From positions 5,456,001 to 5,520,000 of the forward strand of contig JBNRSN020000044.1 of assembly GCA_051313645.2 (NCBI GenBank): a stretch of DNA of 64,000 nt. The letters run 5' to 3'. Both the position numbers and the translations under genes were made by a program. The notes below the pieces were generated by a model. That model did no database searches. It had not been told where the DNA came from and saw only the letters and a program-made list of their open reading frames with translations. Positions 49,374 through 61,972 of this stretch are shown piece by piece (within the stretch, counting starts at the first letter, position 1; each line of letters starts with the position of its first letter). Source of the stretch: Centroscyllium fabricii (taxonomy: Eukaryota).

Positions 49374-49734
49374 CTGAAAGTATATGGCATCGCATGATCA
49401 GTATTAAAACCTTATTTTGCTTGGCAGTGTCTTACTGGTAAATACGCTGTACACTTTACATTAGACTGGGAATTGTTACATAAAATCCAAGTTCACTGCA
49501 CTACATATCCACCCTACCCAATAAAACAACCATAAATCAGACAATACCAATAAATTATTCAGATTATCTCCAATTTTTTAATTCACACAGATTATTCTAA
49601 TTTTGTTTACTCTTTTCATCTGAATGTTGACTGCATTTTCTCCTTTTAAAAGGTTCATTCTGTATATTTCGACCGGAGATGGAGAACTGGGCAGTCTCTA
49701 TTGGTGCAAAAACCCCTGCTCCAAGAACCAAGTA

Positions 49735-50395
49735 CAGGTTGAACACCGTTTATCCGGTAACCGAAAAGCCGGCAACTTCAGTTGTCCGACATAAATCGCC
49801 CCGACTGACATGCGCATGCGCAAAATGGGCGTTGTGCTTCGGTGAATGATCTGCGCATGCGCCGAACGGCGAGCGCATGCGCAGATCATTCAAAACTTCG
49901 CGGCGGCCATTTCCAATGGTAAGGACCTGCCGCTCACTCCGGCCTCACTCGCTCAGCGCTGCCCGGGACCTGACTCCGGCGACTAACTCTCCCGCGCCAA
50001 CCATTCTCGAATTCGGTTCTCTCGTGTTGTTAGTGCTGTGCTGGACCTGCAGCCTGGGCCTCAATTTATGGTTGTGTGCTGGGGCGGGGTGGGGGGGGAG
50101 AGTCCCATCCTGTCTGCCTGGTGAGCCGAGCCGAGAGATCTTTGCACGGCGGGTTGTTTTGTCCCCACTAACCGGGTGATGTGAGCTCTGGCTTTTCTTT
50201 TTGAATTGGTGCAGTAGCTGCCGTTTACCATAATCTATGAACTCGGGCTGCAGCTACACTGCAGGCGATCAAAACTTCCGGCGGCCATTTTGAATGGTGC
50301 ATGCATGTGCACTGGCCGGCTTCATTCTTCTGGTTTTTTCGCTATACCGGCGGGGGCCTAGTCCCGCCCGTGCCGGTATAACGGTGTTCAACCTG
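49735..50395. mobile_element. Tigger-like MITE, inverted relative to the 45056-47202 copy
   Basis: TIRs CAGGTTGAACACCGTT / AACGGTGTTCAACCTG, TA on both sides; subterminal blocks match the 45-47 kb element in reverse. Confidence 0.9.
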
Positions 50396-50772
50396 TAGCA
50401 CCACACGGAAGAACACCCTAATGATCATTTGATTTCCGCAGCTGGCAAAGTGCCACAGAACCCGCCTTTGCTCAAGGGCTCCCGATACCTCAGTTACAAA
50501 AGGCAGTGTGTAATATTGTACGCCGTGCAGTCCAGCAGGTCCCAGCCTGTGCTCAGTGAGCTGATCTCAGCACCCTGGCCTAGGGAGGGGGAAGCCTGCC
50601 ACAGTTCTGCTTCCGATAGCAAGATTAAAATTGTCACTAAAGATCCTACTGAATAGTAATATTCAAATGTACAGAAGCCAAATTCTCAGTGCCAAATTTA
50701 TACATATTTTCAGATAGCGTTTCACTGGAATCCTTAAAAAAATAGAAACTCAGATGAGATTGTTTTTCTTTA

Positions 50773-50874
<102 letters not shown>

Positions 50875-50894
50875 TTAAAGACAAATCCAATTAA

Positions 50895-51210
50895 AATGGA
50901 GGCAAATGAGTCTAGAACGAGGGATCACAGTCTCAGGATCCAGGGTAGGACATTTAGGACTGAGATGAGGAGAAATTTCTTCATTCAGAGGGTGGTGAAC
51001 CTGTGGAATTCTCTACCACAAAAGACTGTGGAGGCCAATCACTGAATATATTTAAGAAGGAGATCGATAGATTTCTAGACACAAAAGACACCAAGGGGTC
51101 TGGGGAGAGAGCAGGAATATGGTATTGAGATAGAGGATCAGCCATGATCATATTGAATGTCGGAGCAGGCTCGAAGGGCCGACTCCTGCTCCTATTTTTC
51201 TATGTTCTAA
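50895..51210 (+). mobile_element. CR1 3' fragment
   Basis: GAGATGAGGAGAAATTTCTTCA...GATCAGCCATGATC...TTCTATGTTCT tail. Confidence 0.85.
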
Positions 51211-51799
51211 CATCAAGCTGCAATTGGAAACAACATAACACAAAGAGTACCCAACAACAAATCAGCGATAAACAACCAGAATATCTGTAGATGCTAGACT
51301 TTTAGCTCCTCTATTCTAGTGGATTAATCTATGCTGCAGGGCTCCCCAATGGTTCAGCAACTTGATCCAATGAGCCAGAAAGACCAGGAAGATCCAGGTT
51401 CACGGGCCGAGTCTCTGTGAGGAGCAATTGTCCTCAGCATCCCTGGGGTTATAGAAAGAAAACTCATCCAATGCTGGCAGTGAATACTGCATGAGGCCAA
51501 GAGCAGGCCTTGCCTTCTAACACTCAGCGTCAGGGCTCAGCACAAACACAAGCTACTGGGCCAAGTACTGGAGGGCAATTATGCCACTTGGCGAGGTACC
51601 AGAGGTAACTGGTGCCACTTGCCACAGTTCCAGAGGGCGATTGGCACCTGTGGAACTGTACCCCAGCACAGAGGTAATACCATCAGGAGAAGGAGGCAGG
51701 GAGCAGACTGGCAAAAAAAATATAAACCTGCATCCTGCAGACACAGATGGTTGCCATGACTTCCAAAAGTACTGATTGAAAAAACCTTTTCAATAAATA

Positions 51800-52190
51800 T
51801 AAAACTCACTGACAGTGCCTTTAAAAGTAGAAAATTATCCCAAAGTACTTCACACAGGCATATATTAAAAAAAGATACCAAGCGTGGTGATCAAAACCAT
51901 ACTCGAGGCACGTTTGAGGAGGGGTTTTCCAAGGAGGAGAAGCCGGGAAGGTGGAGAGGTTTAGGGAGGAAGTTCCAGAGCGTGGTACCTGTGCAGCTCA
52001 AGGCATGGCCACCAATGGTGCACATGGATGAACAAGAGTGTGAAGTCAGAGGAAGAGCGTGTTTGGGAGGAGGTGGAGAGAACAGTTGTAGGACTGGAGG
52101 AGGTTACAGAGACAAGGTCGGGAGGCGCAAAGGAACTTAAGCACAAGGATGAGAATTTTAAATTTGAGGCATTAGAGAGATAGGAAGCCA
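51800..52190 (-). mobile_element. Old L2-like 3' fragment
   Basis: Reverse similarity to the L2 3' sequence at about 16050-16080 and 17570-17860. Confidence 0.5.
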
Positions 52191-52518
52191 CAAGAGGAGA
52201 GTCGCTCCTCGTAACCTTGTGGTTAAAATCAACACACAGTGTGACAGTGAGCAATGGAGACTAGACGATCCCCAACTGTGCTGAGATAGCAGATCTCAGC
52301 CTCGGGCAGCCCCCAACGCCCCGGGCTGGGGAAAAGGGTTCATTAGCCAGGGTTCCCATGACACCTGGTGGAATATGCCTAGATGTTAGGGGAGGTCACG
52401 ACCAGACCAGATTGGATACTCTCTCAGCTCAAGTGGAATGGTCAAGGTTCGATTTGAAGATAGCCACTTGGGAGAAGAACCAAATTACTACAGTCACTTA
52501 TGAAACAGTATATCAATC

Positions 52519-52765
52519 AGTCCAAAGATGTGCAGGTTAGGTTGATTGGCCATGATAAAATTGACCCTTAGTGTTAGGGGGATTAAATATGTGGGGTTAC
52601 GGGGATAGGGTGGGATGTGTGTCGGTGCAGGCTCGATAGGGATATGGGGAGAGGGCAGGGACAGGGTGCTGGGTTTGGATGATCAGCCATGATCTCATTG
52701 AATGGCGGAGCAGGCTCGAAGGGCCGAATGGCCTACTCCTGCTCATATCTTCTATGTTTCTATGT
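52519..52765 (+). mobile_element. HE1-type SINE, 5'-truncated
   Basis: Same sequence and nearly the same truncation point as 1508-1759. Confidence 0.85.
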
Positions 52766-53778
52766 AATCTCTGCCTACACTGTGTAAACTGTGTTAACAA
52801 TAGCTATCAGATATTTCAAAACTTATTCCAGGCTTGCAGTTGGACATTATAATAGTAATTTAAAATTCTAATCCATATGCTTCTGATGGCTCAACTGGTT
52901 TTAGCAATGACTAGCTGAATCACACAGGCCATGAGTGTCCCAACTTCAATCACTGGTCTGTGCTGTCAGCTGATCTCTGGCAGTGGAGCGACAGTCGGGA
53001 GCTGCAACTGGCTTCAGTGCCCCTGTGGGAAGCCAGCCAGGATTTGTGCGACTGATCACCACCCAGCAATCTTTCCTGGGTTATCTGTGTGGGCATTGAG
53101 GGAACATGGGATTGAGCTCAGCCGTGATGTGCCCTAAAAAGAACATTCACCATCTGGGTTCACACGTTAAGAATGGCCGCTTGGAGGGTGCCTGGTCCCC
53201 GTGGAACCTGAAGCCCAGCACGGAGTTGACATGCTTGGGCAATGGGGGAGAAAACTGGGGAAGAGGAGGTGTAAAATAAAAGGGAAACCGAATTTAATCC
53301 AGAACCTGATATTAAGCCTATACTAAAAGCATGTGTCAGCCAAAGCTGGATGTAAAGCAGTCTGCTGGGCCTTAGTACTGTGCAGTCTCACGAGTTCTGT
53401 CACTGGGCCCATCTCGACAATTTTAGTAAGCTATGCCATCTGTCAGTGATGACCGATGTGTGAATCATCACTTCACTCATTATTCTGCACCTTAAAAATA
53501 TGCTCTTCATACTCTTGCTTCCTTTATTATAGTTCTGGACTAGTCAGTCCAGTTTCAAGTGCGGCTTTATTTTTTATTTTTTTAAATCATGTGTGCAAGT
53601 GAGCTCATTTCATTTTTGTGCACGACTGTTCTACATGTACACAATGGAATGTGGCACTTCTCCACGTTTGCATACCTGCTAGTGGCCGTGCTCATGTTTG
53701 TGTAGGCACAGGTATCTGTACATACAGTTCTTTAAAAAAATATATAATCCCGCTCCAATCCAGTTAAGAGATTTGGCC

Positions 53779-54960
53779 AGTGTACTTGGACTTTCAAAAG
53801 GCTTTCGATAAGGTCCCGCATAAGAGATTAGCGTGCAAAATTAAGGCACATGGGATTGGGGGAAAGGTATTGACTTGGATAGAGAACTGGTTGGCAGATA
53901 GAAAGCAAAGAGATGGAATAAACGGCTCCTTTTCTGAGTGGCAGGCAGTGACTAGTGGGGTTCCGCAGGGATCGTTCCTTGGACCCCAGCTATTCACAAT
54001 ATATATCAACGATCTGGACAAGGGAATTAGATGTAATGTCTCCAAGTTTGCAGACAACACAAAGCTGGGTGGGCGTGTGTGCGGTGAGGAGGATGCCGAG
54101 AAACTCCAGTATGATTTGGACAGATTGGGTGATTGGGCAGAAGCATGGCAAATGCAATATAACGTGGATAAATGCGAGGTTATCCAGTTCAGTGTCACAA
54201 ACAAGGCGGCAAATTATTATCTGAATGGCAATAGATTGGGAGAAGGGAAAGTGCAACGAGACCTGCGTGTCCTTGTGCACCAGTCGCTGAAGGTAAGCAG
54301 GCAGTTAAGGTGGCAAATGGTATGTTGGCCTTCGTAGCGAGAGGGTTCGAGTACAGCAACAAGGATGCCTTGCTGCAGTTGTACAGGGCCTTGGTGAGAC
54401 CGCATCTTGAGTATTGTGTGCAGTTTTGGTCGCCTTATCTAAGGAAGGATGTTCTTGCCATGGAAGGAGTGCAGCGAAGATTCACCAGACTGATACTTGG
54501 GATGGCAGGAATGACGTATGAGGAGAAATTGGGTCGATTGGGCTTATACTCGCTGGAATTTAGAAGAATGAGAGGGGATCTCATTGAAACTTATATAATT
54601 CTAACAGGACTAGATAGACAAGATGTAGGATGTTCCCGATGGTTGAGGAGTCCAGAACCAGGGTTCACAGTCTAAGAATAAGGGGTAAGCCATTTAGGAT
54701 AGAGATGAGGAGGAATTTCTTCACCCAGCGAGTGGTGAACCTGTGGAATTCTCTACCACAGAAGGCAGTAGAGGCCAATTCATTAAATATATTCAAGAAG
54801 GAGTTGGATGTATTTCTTAAGGCTAAAGGGATCAAGGGATATGGGGAGAAGGCAGGGACAGGGTACTGAATTTGAATGATCAGCCATGATCGCATTGAAT
54901 GGCAGAGCAGGCTCGAAGGGCCGAATGGCCGACTCCTGCTCCTATCTTCTGTTTCTATGT
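53779..54960 (+). mobile_element. CR1 LINE, 5'-truncated RT and tail
   Basis: YLDFQKAFDKVPH, GVPQGS, KFADNTK, RPHLEYCVQFWSP; close relative of 16082-17570. Confidence 0.92.
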
Positions 54961-56345
54961 CCAGTTGAAGAATAAGGTCATGCAGTCACATTAAGACTGT
55001 GTTAATGCCACTCTTCCATCATGGGAGAGGTACACAAGATTAGTCCCAGTGACCTAAGTCACTGAATTTCTCCTCCTGCCTCCGGAGAACCATCCATCTT
55101 TCATCTGGCAACTCTCAAGTGGACAGCTGCGATCAAACTCTCTCACTATGCGCAACTGTGGCTACAAGCCTACATTCCAGCACTTGGAATATTCCAAACA
55201 TTTATTACCCTGTGAATAATATAGAAATATATCTCTTTGAACTTTCCACTAATTTAAAGTGATGCTCTCTGGTCCTACAAGCCTGGTTTACTTACTTAAA
55301 TATTCCAGCTCTAAGTAGTCTATATGTACACATGTGATGCAATGCCTTAAGCATCTTCTCTCTCGACTGTGGAGCTTCAGCCTCGCTAACCTTTCCTCAT
55401 AGCTCACTCCCTTCACATCTGCGATCAGTCTTGCAGTTTTGCTTTACACACTCTGATGTATGAACCTCTTTTTTGTAGTGTAGTAACCAGAGTTTAACAA
55501 TCTGCCCCAAATGGGGTCGCAACAATGCACAGCAAAGCCCTAGCATAACTTCTGTTGGCTTATATCCCAACATGCTATTGACTTTTTAAATTGCTACATC
55601 ACAAATGATAATTGGAATCATCGTTCAAGAGTAAATCACACTCAAGACGTGCGGTTAGGTTTCTTCTTTCTCTCCTGTTGCCCAAACACACATATATTGT
55701 TATCATTGCCAGTTTCTCTACTGCACATTGAGAGAAGAATGGAACAGTTGGGACTGTGGTTATTTCAATGACTGGTAGTAATGCTCTTCCAGAATTTGCA
55801 CGTTTCTGTCCCGGCCTGAAAACACTGCGCTGAATAGTCCAGTTAGAAAATTGAGCTATTTTGTTTTCCTAAGTTTTTTGCCTGAAGGTACGAATGGATG
55901 CAGAGATGAGGTTCCCCGAGTGGTAGCAGCTTCCAGACACCTCACCAAAATGGCCATTCTTCACACTCAAGCTTCAAATGAAACACTGGCTTCTGTTATT
56001 GCTCTGTGGGGGGTCATCACAGCCAAACCCAACCTTGTGAACAACAGCCTCCAATCAGAGTATAACAGTCAATGAGAAGAGGCCAGCCAATCAATGCTTG
56101 CCTCTCCAATTCTCTAACTCTCCCCAGCCTAGTATCTAACTTCTCTAATATCTTTGTCTTGACTACCTTACTTGGCAGTTTATTCCATTCATCTTCATAA
56201 ATACAGAGATGCACAAACACCCACTTCCCAGCAGAAATCACTCGATAGAGATCATGAGCAAGAACCTTCATCAATGTTCTTATTCTTAGGCCAGAGAAAC
56301 AGGGGCCATAACTTTGCACTGCAGTACTAGGTGAAATCAGCTAAC

Positions 56346-56466
56346 CTGGTACATGGAGGGGAAGGAAGAGTAGGGGGGACAGGAAAAATCAGAGACGGAC
56401 TAAGCGCGGCACTACATTGAGGGCCCAAGGGCCTGTACAGTGCTGTATGTTCTATGTTCTATGTTC
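56346..56466 (+). mobile_element. Very short 3' copy of the young inner CR1 family
   Basis: Nearly identical to about 39305-39425, including the (ATGTTCT)n tail. Confidence 0.88.
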
Positions 56467-56574
56467 AATACAGGCCAGTTAATCTGGGGATGTCCTAACC
56501 TGTAGAATACAGTACCACACCACAGGGAGTATTGTAAGCATTAAGGTTACGCAGCAAGGAACTTTTCAACATGT

Positions 56575-56960
56575 AAGACGACACGGTGGTGCAGTGGTTA
56601 GCACTGCTTCCTCGCAATAAGGAGCTCCTGGGTTTGAATCCTGCTTGGCCTGGGACCCCCTCTGCGTGGAGTTTGCATGTTCTCCCCGTGTTCGTGTGGG
56701 TTTCCTCCGGGTACTCTGGTTTCCTCCCACCACCCAAAGACATGCAGGTTAGACCCAAAGACATGCAGGTTAGGTGAATTGGAGATACTAAAAATTGCCC
56801 ATGAGTATGTGTGTGAGATGTAGTTCTTGGAGTTGAGGGTGTCGGGGGATATGGGGAGAGGGTAGGAGGGGGGTGCTGGGTTTGGATGATCAGCCATGAT
56901 CTCGTCAAAATGGCGGAGCAGGCTCAATGGGCTGAATGGCCGACTCCTGCTCCTATCTTG
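56575..56960 (+). mobile_element. HE1-type SINE variant, full length, with internal 21-bp duplication
   Basis: tRNA-like head, V-domain, ACCCAAAGACATGCAGGTTAG twice, CR1 tail. Confidence 0.85.
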
Positions 56961-57117
56961 TGTGTGTTACATTTAATTACTCAAGTACTTTACTTCTGTA
57001 AGAATCTAGTGTCTAGGCGGAAACTGTACCCTCAACGCTGAGGACCTGAAGCACTGTCACACAACTTGCACAAAAGCATCTCTAAACTGGTACGTGCTGA
57101 ATCCTTGAAATACTTAC

Positions 57118-57178
57118 CATTTGCATAAGGGCTGACCATTTTCTTATTAGTCATCACACGAGCTGTGGCATTGTTTAC
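57118..57178 (-). CDS. RBFOX2: RBFOX2 61-nt exon, VNNATARVMTNKKMVSPYAN(G) (end of RRM)
   Basis: cacctcag acceptor, ATG|gtaagt donor, phase 0 to 1; KKMVxPYANG is RBFOX2-type. Confidence 0.96.
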
Positions 57179-57811
57179 CTGAGGTGCACAGATCGACACA
57201 GAACCAGCACGTTAGACAAGGAAAATGTCACCGGGTTTAATACAGAACATGCAAGTCTAGCAAAACCAAGATAGATTTACTCGAATTATGATGGCCATAA
57301 CATTACGTTTGAATTAGAAGGAAAATTTACAAATTACTTTCTACATTTTAGCATTTATTAATGATTTGCAAAACATCTTTAAATATTTTCAACAAGGACA
57401 CTCAAATGTAAACCATTGTTTCTCAGGCAAACTCTTTTCCAGTTATCCCTATAATATTCAAACAACTGAATTCACAGGTGTTCACACAGATATAGTTAGT
57501 AAAGCCATTGTACAATTTGTTTGCTGGGAGTTTGAGGGAGATTAGCAGCTTTGTCTGCGCTGGGACAAGTGAGTGATTCAGAAATTAGGAACATTATTTA
57601 GTCAGAATGGCAAGGTTGGAGAAACGATTGGATGGAGCTCATCAGTGTCACCGAGGATACATCCCTCTCAGAAGGCGAGTATGAGTTTGGACAGGAGTTT
57701 GTGCCAAGTGGGCCTCTAGAAATGAATTGTGGAACAGTTTGGGATCTGTTATAGTCGGCAATACACAGTCACAATAGAATACACGACTGCTCAACAGGAA
57801 GGTTAACAGTG

Positions 57812-58610
57812 GAGGAGGGTAGGAGCGGACTCCAGGAGGGTAGGAGCGGACTCCAGGAGGGTAGGAGCGGACTCCAGGAGGGTAGGAGCGGACTCCAGGA
57901 GGGTAGGAGCGGACTCCAGGAGGGTAGGAGCGGACTCCAGGAGGGTAGGAGCGGACTCCAGGAGGATAGGAGCGGACTCCAGGAGGATAGGAGCGGACTC
58001 CAGGAGGATAGGAACGGACTCCAGGAGGATAGGAACGGACTCCAGGAGGATAGGAACGGACTCCAGGAGGATAGGAACGGACTCCAGGAGGATAGGAACG
58101 GACTCCAGGAGGATAGGAACGGACTCCAGGAGGATAGGAACGGACTCCAGGAGGATAGGAACGGACTCCAGGAGGATAGGAACGGACTCCAGGAGGATAG
58201 GAACGGACTCCAGGAGGATAGGAACGGACTCCAGGAGGATAGGAACGGACTCCAGGAGGATAGGAACGGACTCCAGGAGGATAGGAACGGACTCCAGGAG
58301 GATAGGAACGGACTCCAGGAGGATAGGAACGGACTCCAGGAGGATAGGAACGGACTCCAGGAGGATAGGAACGGACTCCAGGAGGATAGGAACGGACTCC
58401 AGGAGGATAGGAACGGACTCCAGGAGGATAGGAACGGACTCCAGGAGGATAGGAACGGACTCCAGGATAGGAACGGACTCCAGGAGGATAGGAACGGACT
58501 CCAGGAGGATAGGAACGGACTCCAGGAGGATAGGAACGGACTCCAGGAGGATAGGAACGGACTCCAGGAGGATAGGAACGGACTCCAGGAGGATAGGAAC
58601 GGACTCCAGA
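57812..58610. repeat. 21-bp minisatellite (AGGAGGATAGGAACGGACTCC)n, about 38 copies
   Basis: Near-perfect tandem array with ordered variant blocks. Confidence 0.95.
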
Positions 58611-58721
58611 AGGATATGGACAGGCTGGTGAAATGGGCAGACACATGGTAGGTGAAGTGAAATGCAGAGGAGTGTGAAATGATGCATTTTGAGAAGATAG
58701 GAGAGGCAATATAAACTAAAT

Positions 58722-59084
58722 CAGCAGTCCCCAACCTTTTTTGGACCACGGACCATTTTGAGTTGTACAATTTTTTCACGGACTGGTGGGGGGGGGGGTG
58801 CTGGCGGAGGTTTTTTCACTGAGCGGGTGGGGGGGTGCTGCCGGTGTTTTTTTCACTGAGCTTGGGGGGGGGGGGGTTGCTGGCGAGGGTTTTTTGACGG
58901 ACCAGCGGGAGGGGTGCTGGCGGGGGGGTTTTCGCGGACCGGGGCGGGGATAGCTGCGGTGCGGGCGGCGAACATTCCTTCAGCGGCTGCGGCCCGGAGG
59001 GAGCTAGGGTGCGGGCGGCAAACATTCCTTCTGCGGCTGCGGCCCGGTAAAAATGGTCCGCGGCCCGGCGGTTGGGAACCTCTG
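58722..59084. mobile_element. hAT (Charlie-like) MITE
   Basis: TIRs CAGCAGTCCCCAACC / GGTTGGGAACCTCTG; 8-bp TSD AACTAAAT (58714-58721 and 59085-59092). Confidence 0.88.
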
Positions 59085-61909
59085 AACTAAATGATACAAT
59101 TTTAAAGGGGGTGCACGTACACAAGTCTTTGAAGGTTGCAGGACAAGTTGAGAAGGCTGTTAAAAAAACATACAGATCCTTGAATTTATAAATAGAGGCA
59201 TAGAGTACAAAAGCAAGGAAGCTACTCTAAACTCTTATAAATCAATGGTTGGGCCTTGGCTGGAGCATTGTGTCCAATTCTAGGCACCACACTTTAAGAT
59301 GTCAAGGCCTGAGGGTGCAAAGAGATTTAATAGAATGGTACCAGGGATGAGGGACTTCAGTGATGTGGATAGACTGGAGAAGCTGAGATTGTTCTCCTTA
59401 GAGCAGAGAAGGTTAAGGGGAGGTTTAACTGAGGTGTTCAAAATTATATGGGGCTTTGATAAGAGTAGATAGAAAGAAACTGTTTCCACTGGCAGGAGCG
59501 ATGGCAACGAGAGGGCACAGAGTTAAGATCACTGAAAAACAACCAGAGGGAAGAGGAGCATTTTTTTAATGCAGCGAGTTATGACGATTTGGAGCGCACT
59601 GCCTTAAAGGGCGGTGGAAGCAGATTCAATAATAACTTTCAAAAAGAAATTGGATATATTCATGAAAAGGAAATATTTGCTGGGCTATAGGAAAAGAGCG
59701 GGGTGGGATTAATTGGATAGTTCCTTCAGAGCTAGTACAGGCATGATGGGTCAAGTGGCCTCCTTCTGTGCTGTAAGATTCTATGAGATCCATGTGTCAA
59801 ATTAACCCCGTGGGAGTTGGTGTGTTTGCAAAGTCACTGAGGAGCCGGTTTCTTTTTATTTACTGCTGGAGAAATTTAGCTCTCAATATTCACTACACGA
59901 GCTGACTCCTTCAAGGATAACGTAGATGGTGCCTTCGAGGTTGCACAAAGCCAGCAATCAGAACACAGAAATCCTTCACAACCGACCATGAACTCAGGTC
60001 TCAGTGAGGAGTTCAACGTGTCAGGAGTTGTAGTCACCAGTGGTTCTATGACACAGTCATTCATGAGTTACCAACACAGCATCAATTGAAAGCTGCATTC
60101 ATTCCAGTGGGTCTGGGACAGATACATGGCCTGATTCCGTCCATGTTTGGTCAATTTTAGCTATGCAAAGGAACTGAAATGATTTCTATTGATGGCAAGT
60201 CAGTAAAATGATTAGAAACAATGATAATTTAACAGGGTGCTCTGCTCAGCTATTAAACCAGACTTACTCTCAAAGTTAAAACAATTGTCTTTCAATAAAC
60301 TAGAATCCGGGAAGTGGTTTTGGGGGGGGGGGGGGGGGGGTGAGAACTAACCTACATCAAGGTAGAACTTTGCCATGTTTCCCAGGTTTGGTTAGGACTG
60401 AGATTATTACTCTTACCTTAAATGAATTGCACAGAATTACAGAAACTTCCGCAGGGACATTGTACTAGAAAGAGTAACTGCCGATTTCTGTGCGACTATC
60501 ATCATGGTCTAGGGGCTTATCCTTAAGAGGGTGTTGCCACAATCAGCTTCTTCCAATCATTACGGTTCAGGACTCTCACTTGTCCCTCATCGACAGTAAG
60601 GTCCATGCTGATATGGAGCACTTTTATGTTGTCATCCCATCTTATTCTGCCTTGTGACCTGACTATGGTTAACGAACATTCAGTACTTTAGGAATTCCAC
60701 TCAAATAGAGTGGTAAAAATTGAATGGGCTCTCCAACTGATTCAACAGGTAAACAAGATTGGCAGCAAGGGAACTTTAGCAACGTGTGTCAGTGGGGTTA
60801 AGGCAGGGGAGAATCAGCCAATATTCCCCATCTATTGCAGCCCAGTGACCTTTACTAGCAGTACATATAGACGGATGTCAGGTGAGGGAAAGATCAGCCT
60901 TAGCTGTGATGCCCCTTCACGAGTGAACAGCCTCATGACACTCGCTAGCTAGCCTCACAAATGAACAGTGCCACTTTGGTGAGGTGCTGGAGGGCTGCTG
61001 GTGGCTATGGAACCTTAAGCCAGCTTGAATCAGCACCTGTAGGAGAGGATTAAAAAAGAAATCAGACAATGGAATGCCTTTTTTTTTTTTTTTTATAAAA
61101 GGAAAACTGGTGCCATTTATAAAAATGTTTTCCCATGTTTTTAACTTGGAATAAATATATTTTAAAAGACAAAGCAGGAGTTTAATTTTTATTAAGTTAC
61201 TGTAAATGGGTGGGCTTTGAGCAGTGACTCGGTCAGAAACAATGGACTCGATCAGAACACTTTGCAAAATACACTCACCCGTCAAAGGTCTACACACAGT
61301 TACTAGCCTGAGAAGCAGCAGGTTTACCTTTGTTTGGCCACACACAAACTGATCTAAAAACCATGGAACAAAACAATGAAACAAGGAACATGCCAAAAAA
61401 AAAACTTAAAAATTAAAAGATAGTAGTGAAGGGTTTTAAACATTAGGTGAGGGGCAAAAGTCAGTTTTCCAGCAGTGTGCAACACGAGCACCGAGAAGGG
61501 CCAAGAACCATTGGAGAAGCCACACACTGAGCCAATAGAAAAGGCACAATCCCAGAGAAACAGAGTAACCATTCACAGGCGTGACATACAAGGAAAGGGG
61601 GAGAGAGGGGCAACAAGGACAAACAAACACAAAGAAAGGGTGCATTAATCAGCAAAACCGTAGTTAAAACTCTGAGTAAGATGTGTAGGAGTCACCATCA
61701 ATCAACTACTAAATATAGCTCAGGCTGCTAAAAAAAAAATAAAAAAAAAAAAATGTACAATCCAGTACAGGCGGCACCAAAAAACAGCATTGGAAAGGGG
61801 GAAAACGACAAGTCAAGTCACATTCGTAGCGTTAAACGTGAAATGGCAGATGGGTTTCCTTTTTGTTTTGTGTTCGTTTGTGTTGTTTTCCTGTTTTTGG
61901 TTCACTTAC

Positions 61910-61972
61910 CCCCTTGCGTACCATCGCCAGCATGTATAGTTACCATGGTTACTGTGACTCAAGTGAAGGGCC
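61910..61972 (-). other. RBFOX2: Candidate RBFOX2 poison (PTC) cassette exon downstream of the RRM exon
   Basis: GGG|gtaagt donor, gtttag acceptor; in phase 0 reads GPSLESQ*; lies in TE-free intron sequence. Confidence 0.5.

Larger units (their letters stand above)
57800..59790 (+). mobile_element. Old CR1 3' fragment containing a minisatellite and a hAT MITE
   Basis: LQKDMDRLVKWADTW followed by degenerate RT C-terminus and 3' UTR. Confidence 0.8.

Noticed and set aside
57648-58779. 280-353 aa heptad-repeat ORFs (PPGVRSY, LQEDRNG)
   Set aside because: 21-bp minisatellite derived from a dead CR1; no splice or gene context.
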